Assembly: GCA_965223665.1 (NCBI GenBank)
Contig: OZ245011.1
Location: 1,088,001 to 1,152,000, forward strand
Direction: 5' to 3'
Length of the DNA stretch: 64,000 nt
Origin: Nitrospinaceae bacterium
Lineage (GTDB): Bacteria > Nitrospinota > Nitrospinia > Nitrospinales > Nitrospinaceae
Both the position numbers and the translations under genes were made by a program. Shown here one piece after another: positions 41,280-52,975 of this stretch. The notes under the pieces were generated by a model, which made no database searches, was not told the DNA's origin, and saw nothing but the letters and a program-made list of their open reading frames with translations. The stretch's first letter is position 1. Every line of letters begins with the position of its first letter.

Positions 41280-41951
41280 TTAATCATCTTGATCTTGTCT
41301 TTTTCTATTTAATATCCTAAGTTGCTTTCGCGCTTCTCTGCGGACCCGCATTGCTTTATTCACATTGCTTAAGTCTTCAGCTTTACGGATTCCTGATTTT
41401 TGAAGAATATTTTTATATTTAGGATTATTAAATAGATCTCCAGGCAAGGGACTTCTAAATTTACCTTGGGAAAGTTCTTTTAAATCTTCTATTGAGAGGT
41501 CAATTGCTAATGGATCTTTATTGGAAGGGGCATTCCTAGGGGTTTGTAATTTAGCTTGCGTTTCAAAAGCCGGGATTTCGAAATTTTCTGTGTTGCCTAA
41601 GATATTAACCGAAGCCAGAGACCCTCTTGATTTCCAAATTTCTATCTTATTGTAGTCCTGCAATAGTTCAGATAGTGCTTTGGACCAGTTATCTGATTCG
41701 ATATCTGCAGTAACTAAAAACTCATCTAATTCATTTGGAAATTTAATTTTGATACCACTTTGAGACTCTATACTTCTTAATACTTCACCCAACGGAATGT
41801 TGTCTGCTTTGATTATGGCAGGTTTACTTTTGACCGTAGAAACTTTAGTCAAACGGGTAGACTTTGCAAACGCAACATTTACAAAAACAACAATACTAAT
41901 TAAATAAAAAACTGTAATAAACTTACTTATCGAAACTATGCTTAACCTCAT
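41280..41951 (-). CDS. Exported protein with STN/secretin-N-like domain
   Basis: ATG 41951 after GGAGGG; signal peptide (AFA); IKADNIPLGEVLRSIESQSGIKI...W..AL..LL. Confidence 0.6.
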   Translation of the reverse strand: MRLSIVSISKFITVFYLISIVVFVNVAFAKSTRLTKVSTVKSKPAIIKADNIPLGEVLRSIESQSGIKIKFPNELDEFLVTADIESDNWSKALSELLQDYNKIEIWKSRGSLASVNILGNTENFEIPAFETQAKLQTPRNAPSNKDPLAIDLSIEDLKELSQGKFRSPLPGDLFNNPKYKNILQKSGIRKAEDLSNVNKAMRVRREARKQLRILNRKRQDQDD

Positions 41952-41982
41952 TTTCACATCCCTCCAAGTTGGCCAAAGCATA

Positions 41983-42858
41983 TCACAATAAGGTAAGTAA
42001 TGTAACCTCCGGAGGACAATTGAAACGGATCGGAACAATTAAATGCCCTACCCCTCGGGTTATATACGTTTTCCGATTTTTATCTTCCACCAGACCTCGC
42101 AAGTACTTTTGATTGCGTATTCCAGGGTGAAAGGGAGGGCCAATAAAGGGAAATGATATTTGCCCGCCATGGGTATGCCCTGAAAGGACTAAATCGATGT
42201 TGTGTTCGGGAGCAATTCTGTAATTAACTTCCGGGTTATGGCTTAAAAGAATTTTTATTGATTTGGGATCGATTCTTTTCATAGCCTTTTTTAAAGAGAA
42301 ACTTCTCTGCCACAAGTCATCAACTCCCAAGAGCGTTATAAAATCGTCACCTATATTTAATTGACTATGTTGATTGCGAAGCCAATGAACATTTAACTTT
42401 TCTTCAAAGGTTTTTAAAAGAGCATTTGTAACCTCCGGGCCACTCCAAAAGTCGTGATTGCCAAGAACTGCATATGTTCCATATTTGGGTTTCAATATGG
42501 CCAAGGCATTTACCAAATTATCTAAATATTTGGTTTCAAAATCGTGTATTTGGTTTCTAGAAGTCCTTAAGGTGTGACCGATAAAATCACCCGTTAATAC
42601 GAGTAAATCAGGGTTCTCATTTTGAGCTAAACGGGCAGCATGAGTTAAATGCTCTAAACTTACTATAGGTGAGGAATGCAAATCACTGAGAAGGGCTATT
42701 TTAAAACCTTTGAATGCAGGGGGTAAATTATTTAGAGTTATAGGAACCGATTCTAAGCGAATTTGACTTTCAAAGGTATTGCTCCAACCCTTAGTTACTC
42801 CTAATCCCGAAATTAAGGACAAACCTAAAATTGATTTTAAAAATCGTCGCCGGTTCAT
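41983..42858 (-). CDS. Calcineurin-like metallophosphoesterase (YkuE/YaeI-like) with twin-arginine-like signal
   Basis: MNRRRFLK; SDLH, TGDF, GNHD, SHNP, GHTHGGQ. Confidence 0.9.
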   Translation of the reverse strand: MNRRRFLKSILGLSLISGLGVTKGWSNTFESQIRLESVPITLNNLPPAFKGFKIALLSDLHSSPIVSLEHLTHAARLAQNENPDLLVLTGDFIGHTLRTSRNQIHDFETKYLDNLVNALAILKPKYGTYAVLGNHDFWSGPEVTNALLKTFEEKLNVHWLRNQHSQLNIGDDFITLLGVDDLWQRSFSLKKAMKRIDPKSIKILLSHNPEVNYRIAPEHNIDLVLSGHTHGGQISFPFIGPPFHPGIRNQKYLRGLVEDKNRKTYITRGVGHLIVPIRFNCPPEVTLLTLL

Positions 42859-43008
42859 CTTTCTATTCTATCTTTATATAATCTATTTGCCACCCCTCTA
42901 ATTAGGCTAATTAGAAAGAATTTTAAAGGTTCTCTCTTTTTATCAACTGGAAATATTTTAATACAAAGACAATTTCTTAATTTAATGAAAATACTTAAAA
43001 TATCGAGC

Positions 43009-43035
43009 TAAAGTTTTGGTTAAGTGTGTCGAAGA
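43009..43035 (+). promoter_or_regulatory. Candidate sigma28 (FliA-type) promoter
   Basis: TAAAGTTT-11 bp-GTCGAAGA versus consensus TAAAGTTT-N11-GCCGATAA. Confidence 0.45.
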
Positions 43036-43086
43036 TTAATTTAAGGCAAATCAATCCATTTTCCAAAATTTCAAAGGAATACTTTC

Positions 43087-43236
43087 ATGCTAAAAGAAAA
43101 ATCAGCTTATACTTTCAACCAAAAATCATTAGGCATTGAAGATAATTATGGCGTCTCCAATTTTATTGTGAAAACAATTAGCGCAGCTTTGTTAGGGGCA
43201 TCAATTCCTGCCGTAATTTTCTATTTTTTATATTGA
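43087..43236 (+). CDS. 49-aa protein with C-terminal TM segment
   Basis: AAAGGA RBS; MLKEKSAYTFNQKSLGIEDNYGVSNFIVKTISAALLGASIPAVIFYFLY*. Confidence 0.55.
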   Translation: MLKEKSAYTFNQKSLGIEDNYGVSNFIVKTISAALLGASIPAVIFYFLY

Positions 43237-43252
43237 AACAAAAGTTCGTTAT

Positions 43253-45949
43253 TTAGTGAGCCTCATTCCAATTACTTCCCCAGTCCATTGAAACTTTAAG
43301 AGGCACCTTCAGGTTTACCACTTTCTCCATTTCTTTTTCTACAAGTTTTCCCAGATCAGATTTTTCGGATTCAAGAACATCAAAAACAAGTTCATCATGT
43401 ACCTGTAATATCATTTTAGATTTCAATTTCTTTTTTTGAAGTTGCTCAAAAAGTCGAATCATGGCCAGTTTAATAATATCAGCTGCACTACCTTGAACCG
43501 GTGAATTAATCGCAATTCTTTCCGCTGCTTCACGAACCATCCGATTCTTACTATTGATATCCGGCAAGTATCTTTTTCGGCCCATCATTGTAGAGGTATA
43601 ACCATTGTCCCTTGCTGAATCTATAGTGCTTTCCATAAACTTCTTAACGTTTTTATAAAGCTGAAAATATTGATCAATAAAAATTTTTGCTTCCTTGGGA
43701 GATATCTTTAACTGTCTAGACAACCCAAAAGCACTCAATCCATAGACAATACCAAAGTTAACAGCTTTAGCCATTCTGCGATTTTCTTCATCTACTGAAT
43801 TCAGTCCAGTTCCAAAAATCTCTGCCGCTGTCCTGGAGTGGATATCCTCATCTTTTTTGAAAGCTTTTATAAGTGCTGGGTCTTCAGAAAGATGAGCCAA
43901 CAATCTCAATTCAATCTGTGAATAATCCGCCGACAACAACAAGCAATTGGGAGAAGCAATGAAAGCTTTACGAATCTCTTTCCCAAAATCTGTTCGAATA
44001 GGTATATTCTGCAGGTTGGGATCGCTACTGCTTAATCGTCCTGTAGCAGCAACCGTCTGATTATAAGATGTATGCACACGTCCAGTTGTGGGGTTAATTT
44101 CATTTGGGAGCGAATCTACATAAGTTGATTTCAACTTCGCCATTTGCCGAAAACTCAATACCTTCTCGGGAAGTTCATGTTGAGCCGATAATTCCTCTAA
44201 AACACTAACATCTGTTGAATATCCTGTCTTTGTTTTCTTAAGCACAGGCAACTTCAAATCCTCAAACAAAACAACCCCTAACTGTTTTGGAGAGTTTATA
44301 TTAAAGGGTGCACCCGCAAGAAGATAAATTTCATCTTCCAGTTTTTTAAGTTTTTTATCAATTTTTTGGGATAGCTTTGCCAAATGCTTTTTATCCAACA
44401 AAACTCCTGTCTTTTCCATTTCCGCTAAAACCTGGATTAACGGTAGCTCCAGAGTATGATAAAGTTTAGAAGCTTCATCTTCCAACATCCCTTGAAATTT
44501 TTTAGATAAAAGCCAGGTGACCTCGGAATCCTCTGCAGCATAATCCGTAGCTCTTTCAACCTCCACCTCATCAAATCCAATTTCCTTAGCCCCTTTTCCA
44601 GCCACTTCGCTGTATGAAATAGTTTTGCGACCTAAATACTGCAAAGCCAAGTCATCCATATTATGGTTTCGTTTTCCAGGGTCCAGAACGTATGATGCAA
44701 TCATAGAATCAAACTCTATTCCCTTTAAACGAATTCCCTCATTTTCCAAAACAATCAAATCATATTTAATATTGTGGCCGTACTTTTTTAATTTGGGATT
44801 CTCTAAAATCGGCTGGAGTTTTTTAAGCGTTTCTTTTTTACTAAGTTGTTTTGGTGCTCCCATATATCGATGATCTACAGGCACATAACACGCTTCATGA
44901 TCTTTATTTGAAAATGATATTCCAACCATTTGAGCCTTCATTGGATGTTTGCTGGTTGTCTCTAAATCCAATGCAAATTCTCCGGTTTTTTTTAGTTTAT
45001 TAATCCAAAAATCTAATGTCTTATTATCTAATACACATTCAAAAGATGGCCTGTCATTTTGCTGTGTAACCGATGAAGCATCCTCTGGTCCCAAATCATT
45101 CAACAATGAATTAAACTCTAAATCCGAAAAAATTTTGCGCAGCTTGTCAGGATTGGGTTCTTTCCTCCTTAAGTTTTCGATTTTCACATTGAGGTCCATA
45201 TCGGTTTTAATCGTAACCAATTCTCGACTCAAAAATGCGTTTTCCCGATCTTGATTTAATTTTTCTTTCAATTTTTTCTTTTCAATTTCATCTACATGAT
45301 CATAAAGGTTTTGAATGGAACCATATTTTTGAATTAAATCTGTGGCTGTTTTGGGCCCAACACCTTTAACCCCAGGAATATGATCGCTGGAATCTCCCAT
45401 CAACCCCATAACCTCAATCACTTTTTCCGGTGGAACTCCAAATTTTTCAACAACCTCTTCCTGTCGAATCTGCTTATTCTTCATGGTATCCAACATGCTG
45501 ATTTGATCGTCAATCAATTGCATCATGTCTTTATCACCACTGACGATGACCACATCCAATCCTTTATTTTTTCCAATAAGAGACAGGGTCCCAATAATGT
45601 CATCTGCCTCAAATCCATCCTGTTTCAGGCTAACTATGTCGAAGGCATCTACTAACGGTTCAAAATAAGGAAACTGTTGAGCAAGATCTTCCGGAGGGAC
45701 TTCGCGATTTGCTTTATACTTGGGGTACTTCTTGTGACGAAAAGTTTTTGCTTTGCTGTCAAATACCATCGCCAAATAGTCCGGCTTTTCATCTCGAACT
45801 ACTTTTATGAGCATATTTGTAAAACCATATAGGGCATTGGTGGGCAACCCTTTAGAATTTGACAAAAATTGGCGAATCCCAAAAAAGGCACGGAAGATAT
45901 AAGAAGAACCGTCTATTAAGTAAAGTTTTGGTTTTTTGGTCATACTCAC
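43253..45949 (-). CDS. polA: DNA polymerase I
   Basis: LIDGSSYIFRAFF 5'-exonuclease, DLETT/YAAED 3'-exonuclease, ADYSQIELR, KAVNFGIVYG, LQVHDEL. Confidence 0.98.
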   Translation of the reverse strand: MSMTKKPKLYLIDGSSYIFRAFFGIRQFLSNSKGLPTNALYGFTNMLIKVVRDEKPDYLAMVFDSKAKTFRHKKYPKYKANREVPPEDLAQQFPYFEPLVDAFDIVSLKQDGFEADDIIGTLSLIGKNKGLDVVIVSGDKDMMQLIDDQISMLDTMKNKQIRQEEVVEKFGVPPEKVIEVMGLMGDSSDHIPGVKGVGPKTATDLIQKYGSIQNLYDHVDEIEKKKLKEKLNQDRENAFLSRELVTIKTDMDLNVKIENLRRKEPNPDKLRKIFSDLEFNSLLNDLGPEDASSVTQQNDRPSFECVLDNKTLDFWINKLKKTGEFALDLETTSKHPMKAQMVGISFSNKDHEACYVPVDHRYMGAPKQLSKKETLKKLQPILENPKLKKYGHNIKYDLIVLENEGIRLKGIEFDSMIASYVLDPGKRNHNMDDLALQYLGRKTISYSEVAGKGAKEIGFDEVEVERATDYAAEDSEVTWLLSKKFQGMLEDEASKLYHTLELPLIQVLAEMEKTGVLLDKKHLAKLSQKIDKKLKKLEDEIYLLAGAPFNINSPKQLGVVLFEDLKLPVLKKTKTGYSTDVSVLEELSAQHELPEKVLSFRQMAKLKSTYVDSLPNEINPTTGRVHTSYNQTVAATGRLSSSDPNLQNIPIRTDFGKEIRKAFIASPNCLLLSADYSQIELRLLAHLSEDPALIKAFKKDEDIHSRTAAEIFGTGLNSVDEENRRMAKAVNFGIVYGLSAFGLSRQLKISPKEAKIFIDQYFQLYKNVKKFMESTIDSARDNGYTSTMMGRKRYLPDINSKNRMVREAAERIAINSPVQGSAADIIKLAMIRLFEQLQKKKLKSKMILQVHDELVFDVLESEKSDLGKLVEKEMEKVVNLKVPLKVSMDWGSNWNEAH

Positions 45950-46024
45950 AAATGATTTTACTTTATTGAGGGTCTACTTTACTATAAAATCGATAATTAA
46001 GATGATTTAAATAATTTATATTGT

Positions 46025-47032
46025 ATGCCTCAATTAAAACCTTCCTCAAAAAAACTTATTGATCAAAATAAAAGAATACTACAGGCCGCAAAACGTTCTC
46101 TCAAAATTGAAGCGGAAGCAATAACTTACCTGATCAAGAGATTAGACCAATCATTTGTTGATGTAGTTCATACCTTGGATAATTGCCAGGGACATTTGGT
46201 GATTACTGGGATTGGTAAATCAGGTTTAATTGGTCAAAAAATAGCAGCAACCTTTTCCAGCATTGGTTTGCCAGCCGTTTTCTTACATGCAGGAGAGGCC
46301 AGCCATGGGGATTTGGGGATAATCTCGAAAAATGACATTATTCTGGCAATCTCCAATAGTGGAGAAACTGAGGAAATATTAAAGCTTTTACCTGCAATAA
46401 ATCGTTTTAAGTGTACTTTTGTGGCCATGACAGGAAATTCAAAGTCAACTCTAGCAAGACGAGCTCATTTTGTTTTGGACATTGCCACTAAAGAAGAAGC
46501 TTGTTATATGAATCTGGTTCCAACGGCAAGCACAACAGCCACTCTAGCTATGGGAGATGCGCTGGTTTTGGCATTAATGGAAAAGAGAGGGGTTAGACCA
46601 GAAGATTTTGCTATGAATCATCCGGGAGGAAGTCTTGGACGTAAGCTATTTACCCTTGTGGAAGATCTGATGCATACGGGAGATCAAATTCCAATAATTT
46701 CAGAAAACGCTGACATTAATTCTCTTCTGGCAGAAATGACCACAAAACGATTGGGAACGGCCATTGTGGTTAATAAAAATCAGCACATAAAAGGAATTAT
46801 TACTGATGGAGACTTGCGCCGATTATTAGAAACTAAAAAAGAATTTTCCCAGTTAAAAGCCAAGCAAATCATGTCTAAAAATCCAAGAACTATTTCTTCT
46901 GACCAACTAGCTACTAAAGCTCTTCAAATCATGGAAGAATTTTCTATCACCAGCCTCATAGTTTCCAACGACAGTAAAAAAGCCCATGGGATCCTTCATC
47001 TCCATGACATTCTAAAGTCCGGAATTGCATAA
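46025..47032 (+). CDS. kdsD: KpsF/GutQ-family arabinose-5-phosphate isomerase
   Basis: GIGKSG, EASHGDLG, SNSGET, PTASTT, HPGGSLG plus CBS pair. Confidence 0.92.
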   Translation: MPQLKPSSKKLIDQNKRILQAAKRSLKIEAEAITYLIKRLDQSFVDVVHTLDNCQGHLVITGIGKSGLIGQKIAATFSSIGLPAVFLHAGEASHGDLGIISKNDIILAISNSGETEEILKLLPAINRFKCTFVAMTGNSKSTLARRAHFVLDIATKEEACYMNLVPTASTTATLAMGDALVLALMEKRGVRPEDFAMNHPGGSLGRKLFTLVEDLMHTGDQIPIISENADINSLLAEMTTKRLGTAIVVNKNQHIKGIITDGDLRRLLETKKEFSQLKAKQIMSKNPRTISSDQLATKALQIMEEFSITSLIVSNDSKKAHGILHLHDILKSGIA

Positions 47033-47134
47033 GATAATCCGCTGGATCATTTGACTAATTGACAAACAGGAGTTTCTGGATTTAAATAACCTGTTTTCAG
47101 TGAATCTAAATTAATTTTTCTATATCTAATCGAT

Positions 47135-49777
47135 ATGACCGGAAATGAGATCAGACAGTCCTTTTTAGATTATTTTGAGCAGAGAGCCCATTCCGTAATT
47201 TCAAGCGCTCCCTTAGTTCCTCAAAATGACCCTACCCTCTTATTCACTAATGCAGGAATGGTCCAATTTAAAAACGTATTTCTTGGACAGGAAAAAAGAG
47301 ACTATAACCGAGCTGCGACAGCACAAAAATGTGTTAGAGCAGGTGGCAAACATAATGATTTGGAACAAGTAGGGCGTACTGCTCGTCATCACACTTTTTT
47401 TGAAATGTTAGGAAACTTTTCATTCGGAGACTACTTTAAGAAAGAAGCAATTCACTATGCCTGGGAGTATCTAAATGAAGTTGTAAAACTTCCCACTAAT
47501 AAACTTTACGCTTCCATTTACAAAGATGATGATGAAGCATTTGAAATCTGGAAAAACGATATCCACTTATCAACTGACCGGATCATTCGATTAGGTGAAA
47601 AGGATAATTTCTGGGCCATGGGCAATACAGGTCCCTGCGGTCCCTGCTCAGAAATTTATATTGATCAGGGTGAAGCTCTAGGGTGCGGTAAAAGCACATG
47701 TGCTGTGGGTTGTGATTGTGACCGTTATTTGGAAATTTGGAATTTAGTTTTTATGCAATTTGACAGGGATGATTCAGGAAACATGAGCCCTCTTCCCAAA
47801 CCTTGTATTGACACTGGTATGGGGCTGGAAAGGTTGACTGCGGTCCTGCAGGAAAAACCAAGTAACTATGACTCCGATATTATGATGGGGCTTATAGAAC
47901 ATGTTAGTGAAATTACCGGCAAAGCACATAGTATAAATTCCGATACCGATGTTTCTCTACGAGTAATTGCGGATCACGCCAGAGCGGTGACATTTTTAAT
48001 TGGAGACGGAGTCTTACCATCAAACGAAGGACGAGGTTATGTTTTACGTCGTATTTTACGTCGAGCCTTGCGACATGGAAAATTATTAGAACAAAAAAAT
48101 CCCTTTCTTCATCATATTACCGAGGATGTCATTAATAAGTTTAAATTAGTTTATCCTGAGCTAAAAAGCAGTCACGATTTCATCCAAAAAGTAGTTGTCA
48201 ATGAGGAAGAGAGTTTTAATACGACTTTAACAGTCGGTACCCAAAGATTAGATGAGATCACCAACCGACTGCAAAAGGAAAATAAAACCATTATTCCAGG
48301 TAATGAAGTTTTTAAATTATATGATACCTATGGCTTTCCAGTAGACTTGGTTGAAGAAACTGCAAAGGATCTCCATTTATCGATTGATATGGAAGGCTTC
48401 AATGAAGCCATGCAGGAGCAGAAAGAAAAAGCCATGGCATCCTGGAAAGGGTCTGGGGAATCTAAAATTGCTCCTGTATTTAGTGAAATTGAGCAAAAGC
48501 ATGGCAATACTCAATTCACAGGATACAAAAGCACCCACGACCAGGGAATTGTCGTAGCTATTTTAAAAGACCAGGACTTAATTAATTCAGCGGGACCGGG
48601 AGAAGAAATTGATCTCATCACTGACCAAACACCCTTTTATGGAGAATCGGGAGGCCAATTGGGCGATAGTGGTTTGGCCTTTAATGAACATACCCAAATT
48701 GAAATTTCAGATACCAAAAAACCCTTACCCAATTTAATTTTACATAAAGCAAAAATTGTTCAAGGCAATCTTAAGGTTTCAGATTCGTTAACTTTAGAAG
48801 TTAACGGGCAAAAACGAAATTCCACTGCCCTAAATCATTCTGCGACACATCTTTTACATGCTGCCCTTAAAGAAGTTCTTGGTCCACATGTAAAACAAGC
48901 GGGATCTTTGGTGGCCTCTGATCGTTTGCGGTTTGATTATACTCATTTCACTCCCTTGACGGATTGGGAAAAAGAACGCATTGAAACTTTGGTTAATGAG
49001 AAAATTCGTGAAAACATTCAGGTTGCTTCTCAAGAAATGGACATTGAGGAAGCATTAAAAAACGGAGCCGTTGCATTGTTTGGAGAAAAGTATGGAGATA
49101 AGGTTCGAGTGGTTTCTGTACCCGGGTTTAGTAAAGAACTTTGTGGAGGAACCCATGTTTCCGCAACCGGCACCATTGGTTTTTTTAAAATTACTCATGA
49201 GGGGGGAATAGCATCAGGAGTTCGTCGAATTGAGGCTTTAACGGGTCCAGCCGCTTATGATCGTATTCAACAAGAGTTTAAAAGTATGGCTGGTATCCGC
49301 GCTCTTCTCAAAGCTCAACCGGATGAAGAATTAGATCGACTCCAGCGGATTTTAGATAAAAATAAAAATCTTGAAAAAGAAATAACCTCCCTTAAAGAGA
49401 AACTTATTAGTGGAAAAGGTGCTTCTTCCGGAATTCAGGATGAAGTCCAAAAAATAGGAGATGTTTCTGTCCTTATTAAAAATCTTGAGGGAATGGATGC
49501 AAAGTCTTTAAGATCGTATATTGATAATGCAAAAAATCAGATTAAATCTGGGGTTATTGTAGTTGGGGCGGCTAGTAATGGGAAAGTAATGTTAGCCGCT
49601 GGTGTGACAAAAGACCTCACGGACCGATTCCATGCGGGAAATATTCTGAAGGAAATCTCTAAAATCGTAGGTGGAAGTGGGGGCGGTCGTCCTGATATGG
49701 CTCAAGCGGGGGGAACCCAACCTGAAAAGTTAGATGAAGCTCTTCAATCCGCTATTAAATTACTGCAAACCCCTTAA
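47135..49777 (+). CDS. alaS: Alanine--tRNA ligase
   Basis: DPTLLFTNAGM, HHTFFEMLGNFSFGDYFK, NHSATHLLH, ELCGGTHV, GGGRPDMAQAGG. Confidence 0.99.
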   Translation: MTGNEIRQSFLDYFEQRAHSVISSAPLVPQNDPTLLFTNAGMVQFKNVFLGQEKRDYNRAATAQKCVRAGGKHNDLEQVGRTARHHTFFEMLGNFSFGDYFKKEAIHYAWEYLNEVVKLPTNKLYASIYKDDDEAFEIWKNDIHLSTDRIIRLGEKDNFWAMGNTGPCGPCSEIYIDQGEALGCGKSTCAVGCDCDRYLEIWNLVFMQFDRDDSGNMSPLPKPCIDTGMGLERLTAVLQEKPSNYDSDIMMGLIEHVSEITGKAHSINSDTDVSLRVIADHARAVTFLIGDGVLPSNEGRGYVLRRILRRALRHGKLLEQKNPFLHHITEDVINKFKLVYPELKSSHDFIQKVVVNEEESFNTTLTVGTQRLDEITNRLQKENKTIIPGNEVFKLYDTYGFPVDLVEETAKDLHLSIDMEGFNEAMQEQKEKAMASWKGSGESKIAPVFSEIEQKHGNTQFTGYKSTHDQGIVVAILKDQDLINSAGPGEEIDLITDQTPFYGESGGQLGDSGLAFNEHTQIEISDTKKPLPNLILHKAKIVQGNLKVSDSLTLEVNGQKRNSTALNHSATHLLHAALKEVLGPHVKQAGSLVASDRLRFDYTHFTPLTDWEKERIETLVNEKIRENIQVASQEMDIEEALKNGAVALFGEKYGDKVRVVSVPGFSKELCGGTHVSATGTIGFFKITHEGGIASGVRRIEALTGPAAYDRIQQEFKSMAGIRALLKAQPDEELDRLQRILDKNKNLEKEITSLKEKLISGKGASSGIQDEVQKIGDVSVLIKNLEGMDAKSLRSYIDNAKNQIKSGVIVVGAASNGKVMLAAGVTKDLTDRFHAGNILKEISKIVGGSGGGRPDMAQAGGTQPEKLDEALQSAIKLLQTP

Positions 49778-49892
49778 AGTTTGTCTTTTTATTCAAATTT
49801 TGCATTGCCTTCCCTCTCTCACTCATATAAGCTTGTGATTCTCAAAAAAAAATAAATAGCTGCTTTTGCAGCACTTGGCAAAGGTATCTTAA

Positions 49893-50219
49893 ATGAATAG
49901 AAAGCAAAAAGAAGCAATGGATGAAAAGTGGAAGCAAGTTGCCACTCAAGCCGTCACTAGCGAGGAGTTTAAAAACCGTCTGGTTGGAGATCCAGTTACT
50001 ATTATGAGTGAGTTTGGGCTTCAAATTCCAAACAATGTAGAAGTGAAGACCGGGACCGATAAGGTATTGAAATTTTTTCTTCCTGAGGATGCCTCCGATG
50101 AATTGAAAGCAGAAATCCAATGGTGGCGCTGGCGATTAGATATTATTCGCGAATTTGGCCGTGAAGAGAAAGATCAAGGTGTCCAACAGGCTGCCCCTGA
50201 AGCAGAAGAAGGAATTTGA
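49893..50219 (+). CDS. Small protein with nitrile-hydratase-leader (NHLP)-like domain
   Basis: QAVTSEEFKNRLVGDP...EFGLQIPNNVEVK....F.LP resembles the NHLP leader pattern A..D.EFK.RL..DP....E.G..IP..V.V. Confidence 0.6.
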   Translation: MNRKQKEAMDEKWKQVATQAVTSEEFKNRLVGDPVTIMSEFGLQIPNNVEVKTGTDKVLKFFLPEDASDELKAEIQWWRWRLDIIREFGREEKDQGVQQAAPEAEEGI

Positions 50220-50308
50220 TGTTTTCAACAAAGTCCATTAATAAGGAAAAACAAACTATTCAATTTTTAGATCATTTACATAGTAATTTTGGATAAGAAG
50301 TATATTTT

Positions 50309-50385
<77 letters not shown>

Positions 50386-50395
50386 TGTAATTAGA

Positions 50396-50425
50396 GCTTA
50401 CAACATTTCAGTTGTAAGCCCTTTT
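50396..50425 (+). terminator. Terminator after tRNA
   Basis: GCTTACAAC-atttca-GTTGTAAGC followed by CCTTTT. Confidence 0.7.
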
Positions 50426-50517
50426 GCTTTAACTAATGTAAAAACAAAAAAATAGGTTGGAAGCCAATATTTAAAAAAGTCTCAAAAAATAGTTGACAGT
50501 TTTGGGTTTTTTTTTAA

Positions 50518-52809
<2,292 letters not shown>

Positions 52810-52822
52810 TTTGGTTTTTCTC

Positions 52823-52859
52823 TCCCACTCCCTAATCATTAGGGGGTGGGATTTTTTTT
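52823..52859 (+). terminator. Rho-independent terminator of icd
   Basis: TCCCACTCCCTAA-tca-TTAGGGGGTGGGA followed by T8. Confidence 0.85.
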
Positions 52860-52915
52860 GCTCTCCCTTTGCCCATCTATTGGCTTCACTTTTTTAAATA
52901 TCAGTAAAAAGCTCC

Positions 52916-52972
52916 TTGACACATTTTCTGTAAAGATGGATACTGCGGTCATTAATTTTCGTTTTTTATTCG
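52916..52972 (+). promoter_or_regulatory. sigma70 promoter plus direct-repeat operator candidate upstream of the dnaE paralogue
   Basis: TTGACA-17 bp-GATACT (52916-52944); TTCG-N7-TTCG at 52958-52972. Confidence 0.5.
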
Positions 52973-52975
52973 CCT

